Part shown: positions 8,537-19,510 of the stretch, in pieces
How the letters are laid out: every line of letters starts with the position of its first letter
Position numbering within the stretch: position 1 is the first letter of the stretch
Source: an uncultured Actinomycetota bacterium
Lineage (GTDB): Bacteria > Actinomycetota > Actinomycetes > JAHEKZ01
DNA length: 64,000 bases
Direction: 5' to 3'
Assembly (NCBI GenBank): GCA_963743915.1
Contig: CAVURN010000003.1
Coordinates: 224,001-288,000, forward strand
Translations under genes and position numbers: made by a program
The notes under the pieces: generated by a model
Database searches by the model: none
What the model was told of the DNA's origin: nothing
Seen by the model: the letters and a program-made list of their open reading frames with translations, nothing else

Positions 8537-9784
8537 TCAGAAGGTCGGGCGCAGCGGGAACCCGGAGACCCCACCCTTGCCGAGCTTCACCCCGAGCACC
8601 TGGTGCAGCTGGATGTTGTTGATGTCGAACCCGACACGGGACGCCGCCATGTACAGCTGCCACACGCGAGCCCGGCGCAGGCCGACCTCCTGCACGGCCT
8701 CCTGCCAGTTGGCGTCGAGGTTCACTCCCCAGTCACGACAGGTCATCGCGTAGTGCTCGCGCAGGTTCTCCTCGTGTCGCGGCTCGAACCCGTGGTTCTG
8801 CATCGAGGTGATGATCGTCCCCACGCCGAGCAGCTCACCGTCGGGGAACACGTAGCGGTCGATGAACCCCCCTGCACGCGCGCGCTCACGGGTGGTCGGA
8901 CGGGTGATGCAGTGGTTGAGCAACCGTCCTTCGGGACGGAGCTTGTCGGCGAGCCGCGCGAAGTAGGCGCCGAGCTGGCGGCGTCCGATGTGCTCGGTGA
9001 GACCGATGGACGACACCGCATCGAAGTTCGACTCCGGCACGTCGCGATAGTCGAGGAAGCGCACCTCTGCACGATCGGCGAGGCCGCGTTCGGCGATCGC
9101 CTTCTGCGCCCACTCAGCCTGCTGTCGCGACAGGGTGACACCGAGTGCCTTCACGCCGTACTTCTCGGCTGCATGCATGACCATCCCGCCCCATCCGCAG
9201 CCGACGTCGAGCAGACGCATGCCGGGCTCGAGGGCGAGCTTGCGGGCGACGAGGTCGTACTTGCTCGCCTGAGCCGTCTCCAAGGATGCGTCGGCGTCTG
9301 GGTAGACGGCGCAGGTGTACGTCATCGACGGCCCGAGGACGAGCTCGTAGAAGTGGTTGCTGACGTCGTAGTGGTGCGCGATCGCCTTGGCGTCACGCTC
9401 CTTGCTGTGCCGCAGACCCCGACGCCACGGCGGCGACGCCTCTTCGGGCGGCAGCGGGGGACGCTTCAAGACCCAGGTGCCGAGCTCCCGCAGGGTGTTG
9501 AGCTTGTCGCGCATCGAGACGTCGTGGCTGGCCTCCTCGACGAGCAGGGTCAGTGCGCGGTGCAGACTGCCCTCCACGGCGAGGGAGCCGCTGACGAACG
9601 CGCGCGCGAGCCCGAGGTCGCCCGGTGCGGTCGCCAGGTACTGCACGGCCTCAGGCGAACGGATGGACAACGTCACCTCGGCATCGGTGGATCCGAAGGT
9701 GCTTCCGTCATAGGCCGTCAGCCGAATACCGGAACGGGTGCCGAGGACACGTCCGAATGCACCAGCGATCGACGACATGGCCAT
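8537..9784 (-). CDS. Cfa-like fatty-acyl phospholipid methyltransferase (BfaB/TmsB, Rv3720-like)
   Basis: HHYDVSNHFY, MTYTCA, LLDVGCGWG, FIDRYVFPDGEL. Confidence 0.9.
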   Translation of the reverse strand: MAMSSIAGAFGRVLGTRSGIRLTAYDGSTFGSTDAEVTLSIRSPEAVQYLATAPGDLGLARAFVSGSLAVEGSLHRALTLLVEEASHDVSMRDKLNTLRELGTWVLKRPPLPPEEASPPWRRGLRHSKERDAKAIAHHYDVSNHFYELVLGPSMTYTCAVYPDADASLETAQASKYDLVARKLALEPGMRLLDVGCGWGGMVMHAAEKYGVKALGVTLSRQQAEWAQKAIAERGLADRAEVRFLDYRDVPESNFDAVSSIGLTEHIGRRQLGAYFARLADKLRPEGRLLNHCITRPTTRERARAGGFIDRYVFPDGELLGVGTIITSMQNHGFEPRHEENLREHYAMTCRDWGVNLDANWQEAVQEVGLRRARVWQLYMAASRVGFDINNIQLHQVLGVKLGKGGVSGFPLRPTF

Positions 9785-9793
9785 TGCTCCTCC

Positions 9794-11204
9794 TCAACGC
9801 CCTCGGACGCACTTCGCAGTACAGATCCAGAAGCCGCCCGTTGGGGTCGTACTCCTTCTTCAACAGCTGGTACTGCGATCCGTTGTAGGTCCGCCAGAAC
9901 TCGTCCTCCTCGTAGTACGACGACGAGTAGAGCGACTTGCGCCCGCCCAGCGCGGCCACCACCTCTTCGATCCGACGGTTGTGGTGACCTTCACGTTGTC
10001 CGGGGATCTGCTCGACGGAGGACCAGAAGCCGAGGTTGACGTAGGTGGTCGAGGGATCGAGCGCGTAGAGGTCCCAGGTGACCGTGTCCGCCCGCGGCCG
10101 CAGGGGGCAGAGCCACACGGGGGCGATGCCGATCTCGTCGTGGAAGAAGGTGAGAAACTCCTCGAGCCGCTCGACAGGCACCTCGACGTCCTGGATGACC
10201 GGTTCACGCGGAGCATGTCCGCGTCGCGCGTCCAGTGCGCTCTTCCAGCCATGACGACGCTCGAAGCCGACGACCTTCCAGTAGACGTCGCTGCGCAGCA
10301 GCCGACGTGGCAGCAGCGGCCGCACCAGCGGGTTCTGCACGCCGAGGGCGCCAGAGCACCAGAACCAGTCGGTGTCCCAGCGCCAGATGTAGTCGCGGAC
10401 GGTGAGGTAGTCACTGCTGCGGTGCTGCAGCGAGCGGTAGTAGACGTGGCGTCGCGTGTAGTCGGAGAGGTAGGGAGCGGCGTCGACGAAGCGTCCGACA
10501 GTGACCACGATCTCGTCGGGCGCGAAGACCACGCCGTCGAGGAAGTCGACGGTGCGGCCCCTGTGCTCACCGCTCTCCGTCACCTCCGCGAAGGTGCGTG
10601 CGGCGTCGGCGGCGGAACGGTGCATGTAGTGCTGCAGCTCGACGAACGGCTGGACCGGCTGCAGCTCGATGCGCAGCCGCAAGGCGTACCCCAGCGTCCC
10701 GTAGGAGTTCGGGAAGCCGGTGAACAGATCGGCGTACGGCCCGTCCGGGGTGACGGTCAGGACCCGGCCGTCGCCTGTGAGGACGTCGAAGTCGAGCACG
10801 GACTCGTGGGGGCAGCCGTTGCGGAAGGACGTCGACTCGATCCCGAGGCCGGTCACGGCCCCACCCAGAGTGATGGTCTTGAGCTCGGGAACCACCAGCG
10901 GCATGAGCCCGTGACGCAGGGTGGCGTCGACGAGGTCCTCGTACGTGGTCATGCCGAGGACGTCGGCGGTGCGGCGAGCGGCGTCCACCTCGAGCACTCC
11001 GGAGAACGCGGAGACGTCCAGCCCGGGGGTGGCGCTCGCGTCGCGCATGCGGAAGAGGTTGGACGTGCGCTTCGCGAGCCGCACCGGGGCGTCCGGACCG
11101 AGGGCCTGCAGGTCACCCGACAGGCGCTCCACGGCGCGGGCATAGGCAGCGCGCGCGGCCACCGTGCTGGGGGCCGGGCTGGAGGCAGGGGGGCGCTCCG
11201 TCAC
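9794..11204 (-). CDS. FAD-binding oxidoreductase (BfaA/TmsA, Rv3719-like); apparent 1-bp insertion near 9819
   Basis: RLAKRTSNLFR, VVPELKTITLGGAVTGLGIES, WRWDTDWFWCS; removing one base gives the expected end LLDLYAKCVRGR* followed by the SD of the next gene. Confidence 0.88.
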
Positions 11205-11258
11205 GGAGTGAGCCTAGGGAGCGGAGGCGGGTCAGGGCGAGGGCTTCCAGCAAGATCG

Positions 11259-12594
11259 TTATGGATGCAGGCCCACGAGCGAGAGCGCCAGGCCGCAGAG
11301 GGACGCCACGGCCAGCACCCGGAGCAGGCCCACCCTGGCCCCGAAGACCAGGACGAGACTGAGCGCAGTGAGGGCGAGGGCCCATCCGTCCACGCTGCCG
11401 GGCTCGGGGACTGACACCGTGAACGGTCCCCACGAACGCTCGGGCACCTCGCCGAACCAGACGCTCAGCGCGAACCAGACGGCGAGGTCGCCGATCACCC
11501 CGACCACGGCGGCGGTGACCGCCGCCAGTGCGCCGGCCACCCGACGGTCGTGTCTGAGCCCCTCGACGGAGGGGGCACCCACGAGCACGAAGCCGAACGA
11601 CGGCAGGAACGTGGCCCACGCCGCGATCAGGAACCCCAGAAGGCCGGCGACGAGAGCCGGGAGGCCGAGCTCATCGGCCCCGTTGTAGGCACCCACGAAC
11701 CCGACGAACGTCATCACCAGGACCAACGGTCCCGGCGTCGTCTCGGCCAGCCCGAGACCGGCGACCATGTCGCTCGGGGCGATCCAGCCGTAGGTGCTCA
11801 CGGCCTGTTGCGAGATGTACGAGAGCGCCGCGTAGGCACCACCGAACGACAGGACCGCAGTCTTCGAGAAGAGCCACGCCTGCTGGCTCAGCAGGTTGTC
11901 CGTCCCCAGCGCCAGCACGAGCAGCACCAGTGGCAGCAGCCAAAGGACGAAGGCGGCCACCCCCGCACGTCGTGCTGCTCGTGCGGCCTCGACCGGGACG
12001 TGATCGACCTCGTCGTCGGCGTCGACGGTGACGCGTAGCGCGTCCGGAGAGCGACGACCGACGAGCCAACCGACCAACAATGCCGCGACGACCACGAACG
12101 GGAACGGCACGTCGAACAGAGCCAGTGCCACGAACGCGGTGACCGCGAGACCGACCAGCAGCGGCGTCCGCAGCGCCCGGCGTCCCACGCGGACCAGCGC
12201 CTGCACGACCACCGCCACCACGGCCGCCTGGATGCCGAACAGCAGGGCAGAGATCCACGTGACATCACCGAAGGCGGAGTACACGGCGGCGAGAACGAGC
12301 CATCACGAACAACCCGGGCAGCACGAACAGCACGCCGGCCAAGAGGCCACCACCCACCCCGTTCATCACCCAGCCGAGGTAGACCGCGAGCTGCAACGCC
12401 TCCGGACCAGGGAGCACCATGCAGAAGTTGAGCGCGTGCAGGTACCGCTTCTCGTCGACCCAACGCCGCTCGTCCACGACGACCCGGTGCATCACGGCGA
12501 TCTGCCCGGCCGGTCCCCCGAAGCTGTTGACGCCCACGTAGGCCCAGGTCCGGGTGGCTTCGCGGAGCGAGGGCGCGGCGCTCATCCCCGTCAC
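11259..12594 (-). CDS. chrA: chromate efflux transporter (frameshift near 12295)
   Basis: SFGGPAGQIAVMH, LPGPEALQLA, SFGGAYA, AETTPGPL motifs across two frames. Confidence 0.88.
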
Positions 12595-12641
12595 TCTGTC
12601 AGAGGTCCGGTCAGGCGGCCGGGTGGACGCCCTCGCGGGCG

Positions 12642-14171
12642 TCAGATGCGGAAGCGGGAGATCGACTCGCGCAGGTCGTCGGCCAGCGACGTCAAAGATG
12701 CTGCTGCGTGGGCAGCCTCGCGGGAGCCGGACGCCGTCTGCTCCGAGACACCGACGACGTCACCCATCACCGATGCCACCTCCGCCGAGGCGTGCTTCTG
12801 CTGCTGGCTCGCGTTGGAGATCTCCCGAGCAGCGGTCGTCGTCTCGTCGGCGACCTCGGAGATTCGTTCCAGCACGGTGACGACGTCGCGCGCCAGCGCG
12901 ACCCCGTTCAGCACCTCTTCGGCGCCCTCAGCCGTGGCGGCGGTCGTCGCCCGCATCTCCGACTGGATCTCGGCGACGATGCCCTGGATCTGCTTGGTGG
13001 ACGCCTGTGCCCGCTCAGACAGCTTGCGCACCTCGGCAGCGACGACCGCGAACCCGCGACCGTGCTCCCCGGCGCGAGCCGCCTCGATCGCCGCATTCAG
13101 CGCCAGCAGGTTGGTCTGGTTGGCGAGCTCGTCGATGACGTCGAGGATCCGGCCGATCTCGCCCGACTTGTCGGCGAGCGCTGCGGTGCGTTCGGCCACC
13201 AGCCGTGAGCGGTGCGCGATCGCGTCGATCGCATCGACGGCGTTGGTGACAGCCTCCTGTCCCTCCTCGGCGAACCGGAAGGTGAGGGCGGCGTGCTCGA
13301 CGACCTCGGCGCTCGAGCCGGCGATCGCCTCGGCCATGTCCGCCAGCTGCTGCAGGGTCGCCGTGGACTCTGTCACCGCCCCGGACTGCTTGCCCGAGGC
13401 GAGCGCCTGCAGCTCCGCCGCCGACTGAAGCTCCTGGGCGCTCTCGGAGATCCGCTCGCCTCCGTCGCGGACGCGGTCGACCAGCATCCGCAGAGACACC
13501 AAGGTCTCGTCGATGTTGATCGACAGCGCATGCAGAGCTTCGTCGTCATCATCGGGAGTCGGGATGCTGACGGCCAGGTCGCCCTCAGCGGCCTGGCCCA
13601 GCGACACGGAGAGCTCCTCGACGGCCCGCTGCAGGCGGGTGTGGTGGCCCTCATGGATGCCGGACTTGAGCATCTCGTCGAAGCCCACCGTCAGCGGGAT
13701 GATGGCAGCAGCAGCCAGCAGCCAGGGAAGAACCTGCAGACTGAACGTGCCGGAGGCCAAGGCGGCGGCGAACAGCATGCCGAGCGCCAGAAGTGTGAAG
13801 GTGGCCAGTCCCTTGCGTTCGACGACGTCGGCGACGAACACCGCCACGGTGACGAACAGGACCCACACCGGGCTGCGCAAGCCCCCGGTGAGCGCCACGA
13901 GACCCGCCACCCAGACCATCTCGGTCGTGATCAGCGCATGCGCCAGGCGTCGGTTGCCCTGTTCGATGCCCGAGGTGCTCACCCGACGCGCAAGGACGGT
14001 CAGCATCCCGGCGAAGGCCAGGCCGAGGGCGCACCACACCAGCGCGGGGATCAGGGCCACCGGCACCGACTCGTCGGCGGTGTCGATGAGCAACGTCAGC
14101 ACCAGCCCGAGGACGGCGTTCACCCATGCCGCAAGAGCCCCGGTGCGGGCCAACTGCCGTGGGTTGTCCAT
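12642..14171 (-). CDS. methyl-accepting chemotaxis protein with multi-TM N-terminus
   Basis: ANQTNLLALNAAIEAARAGEHGRGFAVVAAEVRKLSER signalling hairpin; about 5-6 TM helices then a HAMP-like segment. Confidence 0.93.
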   Translation of the reverse strand: MDNPRQLARTGALAAWVNAVLGLVLTLLIDTADESVPVALIPALVWCALGLAFAGMLTVLARRVSTSGIEQGNRRLAHALITTEMVWVAGLVALTGGLRSPVWVLFVTVAVFVADVVERKGLATFTLLALGMLFAAALASGTFSLQVLPWLLAAAAIIPLTVGFDEMLKSGIHEGHHTRLQRAVEELSVSLGQAAEGDLAVSIPTPDDDDEALHALSINIDETLVSLRMLVDRVRDGGERISESAQELQSAAELQALASGKQSGAVTESTATLQQLADMAEAIAGSSAEVVEHAALTFRFAEEGQEAVTNAVDAIDAIAHRSRLVAERTAALADKSGEIGRILDVIDELANQTNLLALNAAIEAARAGEHGRGFAVVAAEVRKLSERAQASTKQIQGIVAEIQSEMRATTAATAEGAEEVLNGVALARDVVTVLERISEVADETTTAAREISNASQQQKHASAEVASVMGDVVGVSEQTASGSREAAHAAASLTSLADDLRESISRFRI

Positions 14172-14270
14172 CCCCACCTTCCTGGCTCGTCGCGTCCCCG
14201 TCCGTCCCGACGCACGCGGACGGACGCCGGCAGGCCGGCGCGCCGCACGGAGGTACGCGTGACCCCTCTG

Positions 14271-14298
14271 GTGTCGGCACCCACAGCCCCCCGCTTGA
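14271..14298 (-). promoter_or_regulatory. sigma28 (FliA/WhiG)-type promoter for the MCP gene
   Basis: minus strand TCAA-N16-GCCGACAC. Confidence 0.6.
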
Positions 14299-14374
14299 CC
14301 CATCCGGGTTAGCCACCCTGCGGTGGTCCGACCGGGTGACCTGCGGTAACGCGGGCTGGTTACGCTCCGGGACC

Positions 14375-15844
14375 GTGGCAGGCAGCGGACGGCACCAGGC
14401 AGCAGTCGCTGCCGGTGACCACCAGACGGTGGAGGCCGCCCTGACGGTGCTGCGCACCGGCGGCAACGCGGTGGACGCCGCCGTAGCCGCGGGCTGTGCC
14501 GCCGCTGTCGCCGAACCCGGGCTGACCAGCCTCGGCGGTGGAGGGTTCCTGCTCTGCCGTACCCCGGACGGCGGCACAGAGCTGCTCGACTTCTTCGTCG
14601 ACACCCCCGGTCGAGGGCTGCCCACCGAGGACCTCACCCCGCACTTCACCCCGGTCACGGTCGACTTCTCCGGCGCCGAGCAGGTCTTCCACGCCGGGTA
14701 CGGGTCCGTCGCCGTCCCCGGAGTGCTCCCCGGCTACCTGGCCGCGCACCGTCGACTGGGACGGCTGCCCCTTGCCGACGTGGTCGCCCCGGCGGCCACC
14801 CTCGCCCGCCGCGGGGCAGTCCTGAGCCCGACCCAGGCGGAGGTCCTGCAGCTGCTGCGGGACATCTTGGGGCTGACCGCCGAGGCCGCTGACCTCTTTC
14901 TCCTGGGGGGCGAGCCTCCGGCGGCGGGTGGCCGGTTGGTCAACCCTGCCTACGCCGACTTCCTCGAGGAGCTCGGGCGCCTCGATCCCGACGGCTGGTC
15001 GGACGTCCCGGAGGCCGCGCCGACCGTCGCGCTCATGCGTCAGCACGACGGCCTGTTGACCGCCGACGACCTCGACGCGTACCGCGTCCACCAGCGCGAC
15101 CCTCACCGGGTCCAGTACCGCGGTGCGACCTTGACCACGAACCCTCCCCCGTCGTTCGGGGGGGCGATCGTCGGGCGGTCGCTGGTCGAGGTGGAGCGTG
15201 AGCACGCCGCGCGACACCCCACCGCGGCGGACCTCGTGCACGCGCTGCACGCGGCTACCACGGCCCAGAAGGGCGAACCGACTCTCCCGACCTCGAGCAA
15301 GGGGACGACGCACATCAGCGTGGTGGATGCCGAGGGCATGGTCGTCTCGATGACGACCTCGAACGGATCGTGCTCCGGCGTTCTCGTGCCGGGCACCGGC
15401 GTGCAGCTGAACAACATGATGGGAGAGGCCGACCTGCACCCCGGGGGGTTCCACGGCGCGTCACCCGGCACGCGGGTCGCGTCGATGATGGCGCCGAGCC
15501 TGCTCGACCTCCCGGACGGGTCCGTGGTCGCCATCGGCAGCGGCGGCAGCGAACGGATCCGGAGCGCCCTGCTGCAGACGATCGTGCGCCTGGTCGCGGG
15601 CGACCCGCTGGCCGAGGCGGTGGACGCGCCTCGTGTCCACTTCGACGGCGAGACCGCACAGCTCGAGCACGACGTGCCGCAGGAGGTCGCGTCCGAGCTC
15701 GCCGGGCAGCTCCCGGTCAACCGGTGGACGCGGCCCAGCCTCTACTTCGGCGGGGTGAACGCCGTGCGGCGGCACCCCGACGGCCGGCTGGAGGCGGCGG
15801 GGGACGCGCGGAGGCACGGCATCGGCATCGTGGCCGACCTCTGA
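14375..15844 (+). CDS. ggt: gamma-glutamyltransferase family protein
   Basis: GGNAVDAAVA, LGGGGF, TTHISVVD (Thr nucleophile), LNNMMGE, SMMAP. Confidence 0.9.
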   Translation: MAGSGRHQAAVAAGDHQTVEAALTVLRTGGNAVDAAVAAGCAAAVAEPGLTSLGGGGFLLCRTPDGGTELLDFFVDTPGRGLPTEDLTPHFTPVTVDFSGAEQVFHAGYGSVAVPGVLPGYLAAHRRLGRLPLADVVAPAATLARRGAVLSPTQAEVLQLLRDILGLTAEAADLFLLGGEPPAAGGRLVNPAYADFLEELGRLDPDGWSDVPEAAPTVALMRQHDGLLTADDLDAYRVHQRDPHRVQYRGATLTTNPPPSFGGAIVGRSLVEVEREHAARHPTAADLVHALHAATTAQKGEPTLPTSSKGTTHISVVDAEGMVVSMTTSNGSCSGVLVPGTGVQLNNMMGEADLHPGGFHGASPGTRVASMMAPSLLDLPDGSVVAIGSGGSERIRSALLQTIVRLVAGDPLAEAVDAPRVHFDGETAQLEHDVPQEVASELAGQLPVNRWTRPSLYFGGVNAVRRHPDGRLEAAGDARRHGIGIVADL

Positions 15845-15917
15845 GGAGCGCCGGGCCTGGATTCGGCCCCGGCGGGCCGCGCATGCGACACTTTCGCGGT
15901 TACCCAGAGAGGATCCG

Positions 15918-16937
15918 ATGGACGGCAATTCCACCTTCCGCCACGCGCGCACCTCGGTGCTGTCGGTCGTGGCGGCCGAGGCTCCCGTGGTCGTGTCGTC
16001 CGCCGAGCTCGATGAGCAGCTCGCTCCCGCCTACGAGCGACTGGGTCTGCGTCCGGGGCTGCTCGAGGGCTTGGCCGGCATCCACGAGCGCCGGTGGTGG
16101 CCCGAAGGCATGACCTTCGTCGACGGCGCCGTCGCTGCCGGGGCCAAGGCGCTCGCCCAAGCCGGCATCGATCCCTCGCAGATCGGCCTCATGATCAACT
16201 CGTCGGTCTCTCGCGCCTTCCTCGAGCCCTCGACCGCCGTCGAGATCCACCACAAGCTGGGCCTGCCACCATCGGCGATGAACTTCGACCTCGCCAACGC
16301 GTGCCTCGGCTTCGTCAACGGCATCCACATCGCGGCGACGATGATCGATGCCGGGCACATCGACTACGCGCTCGTCGTCAACGGCGAGGACGCGCAGGAG
16401 GTGCAGGAGAACACCATCAAGCGTCTGTGCGCCCCGACGGCCACGACCGGTGACTTCTTCAGCGAGTTCGCCACCCTCACCCTCGGCTCGGGCGCCGCCG
16501 CCATGGTGCTGGGCCGCAGCGACGTGCACAGCGAGGGACACCGCGTGATCGGCGGCGTCTCACGCGCCGGCACCGAGCACCACGAGCTGTGCGTCGGCGA
16601 CGTCAACCGCATGCGCACCGACGCGCGGGGGCTGATGGAGGCCGGACTCGACCTCGCCGAGGCTGCCTGGCAGACGGCCGACGAGTTCGACTGGTCCAGC
16701 TGCGACCGCTTCATCATCCATCAGGTGTCCCGCGTGCACACCAGCGCGCTCTGCGAGCGTCTCGGCATCGACCAGAAGAAGGTCCCGCTGTCCTTCCCCT
16801 TCTTCGGCAACATCGGCCCGGCATCCGTGCCTTTCACCCTCGCCCACGAGGTGGACTCCTTGATGCCCGGTGACCGGGTGCTCTGCATGGGCATCGGGTC
16901 CGGCCTGAACACCGCGTTCTGCGAAATCGTCTGGTGA
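15918..16937 (+). CDS. oleA: OleA acyl-CoA:acyl-CoA alkyltransferase (thiolase/FabH fold)
   Basis: LEPSTA, NACLGF, FATLTLGSGAAA, HQVS, GNIGPAS, GIGSGLN; first gene of an ole-type operon. Confidence 0.88.
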   Translation: MDGNSTFRHARTSVLSVVAAEAPVVVSSAELDEQLAPAYERLGLRPGLLEGLAGIHERRWWPEGMTFVDGAVAAGAKALAQAGIDPSQIGLMINSSVSRAFLEPSTAVEIHHKLGLPPSAMNFDLANACLGFVNGIHIAATMIDAGHIDYALVVNGEDAQEVQENTIKRLCAPTATTGDFFSEFATLTLGSGAAAMVLGRSDVHSEGHRVIGGVSRAGTEHHELCVGDVNRMRTDARGLMEAGLDLAEAAWQTADEFDWSSCDRFIIHQVSRVHTSALCERLGIDQKKVPLSFPFFGNIGPASVPFTLAHEVDSLMPGDRVLCMGIGSGLNTAFCEIVW

Positions 16938-19510
16938 CTGACGCGTCGCTGCCCGCGCGTGACCTCCCGGGGCTCGACCCCACCTGGTCCCGACTGGTGC
17001 AGTCGCCGGACTCCTCCGGCGTCTCACGCACGTGGCACGTCCTGGACCGCACGCCGGACGGTCAGGCCGTCGGCACCGTCCTCTGCATCCACGGCAACCC
17101 CACCTGGTCGTACACCTTCCGGTCATTGGTGGCCGGGCTCGGGGACCGGTGGCGCGTGGTGGCGCCCGACCACCTCGGCATGGGCTTCTCGGAGCGCACA
17201 GGGCGGATGCACCGGCTCGCCGACCGGATCGACGAGCTCGATGCCCTGACCGCCACGCTCGAGGTCGAGGGCCCGGTCCTGCTCGTGGCCCACGACTGGG
17301 GCGGTCCCATCGCCCTCGGGTGGTCGCAGCGCCACCCAGACCTCGTCAGTGGCGTCGTGCTGCTCAACACGGCGGTGAGCCAGCCGGACGCGACCGGCGT
17401 CCCCCCGCTGATCGCCACCGCGCGGTCGGGTCGGCTGCTGCGCACCGTCACGCAACGTACGCGCGCGTTCCTCGACGGGACGCTGCGGCTCGCCCACCCG
17501 ACGCTGCCCAAGGAGGTCGCCGCCGCGTACCGCGCGCCTTATCGTTCCGCGTCCCGGCGGCAGGCGATCGCGGACTTCGTCGCCGACATCCCGCTGGAGG
17601 ACGACCACCCGAGTCGTCCCGCTCTGGACGCCGTCGCGGACGGGCTCGGCTCCTTGCGCGATGTGCCGACGTTGCTCGTCTGGGGACCGCGTGACCCGGT
17701 GTTCGCCCCGCGCTACCTGCGCGACCTGCAGCAGCGGCTCCCCCACGCCCAGACCCACCGTTTCGAAGGTGCCGGACACCTCGTCATCGAGGACGCCCCC
17801 GTCGCCGAGGTGGTGCAGCGGTTCGCCGACGACCTCGCGGCCGGGCGCACGCGCGACCTCCGCGTCCACCCACCGCTGCTGCCGGCGTCCACCGCCGAAC
17901 GACGCACCCTGTGGTCGGCGCTCGAGGCACGGTCCGCGGACACCGGCGTCGCCGTCGTCGAGATGGGACGCCGCGGGCCGGCTCGCACGATCACCTGGCG
18001 CCAGCTGCACGACACAGTGCGGGACCTCTCCGCGGGACTGACCGCGATCGGCGTCCAGCCGCAGGACCGAGTCGCCCTGCTCGTTCCGCCCGGCGCCGAC
18101 CTCACCGCCGTTCTCTACGCGACCTGGCGCGCGGGTGCCGTACCCGTGATCGCCGACGCCGGCCTCGGACTGCCAGGGCTGCGCCGGGCACTGCGTGGGG
18201 CCGACGCGCAACATGTCATCGGGGTCGCGCGAGGGCTCTCAGCGGCCAAGGGTATGGGTCTCACCGGCACGTACATCTCCGTCGGTGGCTTCGCGCCGGG
18301 CCTGCGGCGCGCTCTCGGTGTCGACTACACCCTCGCCGAGCTGGTCCAGATCGGGAAGCAGCTGCCGACCTCGACCACGCCGCCGGTCACGGCAGAGGCA
18401 GCGGTGCTGTTCACCTCCGGGGCCACCGGCCCCGCCAAGGGCGTCGTCTACCGGCATGCGCAGCTCGAGGCGCAGCGTGATCTGGTGCGCGACACCTTCG
18501 GCATCGAGGCCGACGATCGCCTGGTCGCTGCCTTCGCCCCTTTCGCCCTCTACGGTCCCGCGCTCGGCATCGCCTCTGTCGTTCCCGCCATGGACGTCAC
18601 CAAGCCCGGGACTCTCACCGCTCGCACGCTCGCCGACGCCGTCGCCGCGGTGAACGCCTCACTGGTGTTCGCGGCCCCGGCCGCACTGCGGAGCATCGTG
18701 AGGACGGCCTCAGGGCTCGACGACGCCCAGCGTGCGCGGTGCGCGCGCGTGAGACTGCTGCTGTCCGCAGGTGCGCCCGTGCCACGCGAGACGCTGCGGG
18801 CGGCGTCCGACCTGATCGGGGGGTGCGAGGCGCACACCCCCTACGGGATGACCGAAGCCCTCCCCGTCGCAGACGTCACGCTCGCCGAGCTGGACGCTGC
18901 CGAGATGCGCGACGGGATCCTGGTCGGTCACCCCGTTCGCGGTGTCCAGGTGTCGGTGAGCCCGCTGACTGCCGACGGCACCGCTGCGGGTGCACTGACC
19001 GACGAGGCCGGTGTGACGGGTGAGGTCTGCGTGCGCGGACCGCACGTCAAGGACCACTACGACCAGCTGTGGGCGACGCAACGTGACAGTGCACGCGACC
19101 ACGGGTGGCACCGCACCGGCGACGTCGGGCACCTCGACCCCGAGGGACGGCTGTGGATCGAGGGGCGCCTCGTGCACGTGGTGACCACGCCGTCGGGCGT
19201 CATCACCCCGGTCGGACCCGAACAGCGGATCGAAGGGCTCGACGACGTACGGCTCGCGGCTGTTGTCGGGGTGGGGCCGGTCGGGGGCCAGGTCGCTGTC
19301 GCCGTCGTGGAGGCGCCGTCGCAGCCGACGGGGGTGGCGTCACTCGGGCTCACGGACGCGGTGCGCGCGGCGGCGGGCATCGACCTGGCAGCAGTGCTGG
19401 TGGTCAAGGAGCTGCCGGTCGACATCCGTCACAACTCGAAGATCGACCGGACCGGTGTGGCGGTGTGGGCCACCCGCGTCCTGTCCGGCGAGGGCTCGGC
19501 GTCGCCGTGA
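16934..19510 (+). CDS. oleBC: OleBC fusion (beta-lactone decarboxylase + beta-lactone synthetase)
   Basis: HGNPTWS and HDWGG haloalkane-dehalogenase-like domain fused to an ANL domain (FTSGATGPAKG, PYGMTE, HRTGDVG, PVDIRHNSKIDR). Confidence 0.9.
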   Translation: MTDASLPARDLPGLDPTWSRLVQSPDSSGVSRTWHVLDRTPDGQAVGTVLCIHGNPTWSYTFRSLVAGLGDRWRVVAPDHLGMGFSERTGRMHRLADRIDELDALTATLEVEGPVLLVAHDWGGPIALGWSQRHPDLVSGVVLLNTAVSQPDATGVPPLIATARSGRLLRTVTQRTRAFLDGTLRLAHPTLPKEVAAAYRAPYRSASRRQAIADFVADIPLEDDHPSRPALDAVADGLGSLRDVPTLLVWGPRDPVFAPRYLRDLQQRLPHAQTHRFEGAGHLVIEDAPVAEVVQRFADDLAAGRTRDLRVHPPLLPASTAERRTLWSALEARSADTGVAVVEMGRRGPARTITWRQLHDTVRDLSAGLTAIGVQPQDRVALLVPPGADLTAVLYATWRAGAVPVIADAGLGLPGLRRALRGADAQHVIGVARGLSAAKGMGLTGTYISVGGFAPGLRRALGVDYTLAELVQIGKQLPTSTTPPVTAEAAVLFTSGATGPAKGVVYRHAQLEAQRDLVRDTFGIEADDRLVAAFAPFALYGPALGIASVVPAMDVTKPGTLTARTLADAVAAVNASLVFAAPAALRSIVRTASGLDDAQRARCARVRLLLSAGAPVPRETLRAASDLIGGCEAHTPYGMTEALPVADVTLAELDAAEMRDGILVGHPVRGVQVSVSPLTADGTAAGALTDEAGVTGEVCVRGPHVKDHYDQLWATQRDSARDHGWHRTGDVGHLDPEGRLWIEGRLVHVVTTPSGVITPVGPEQRIEGLDDVRLAAVVGVGPVGGQVAVAVVEAPSQPTGVASLGLTDAVRAAAGIDLAAVLVVKELPVDIRHNSKIDRTGVAVWATRVLSGEGSASP

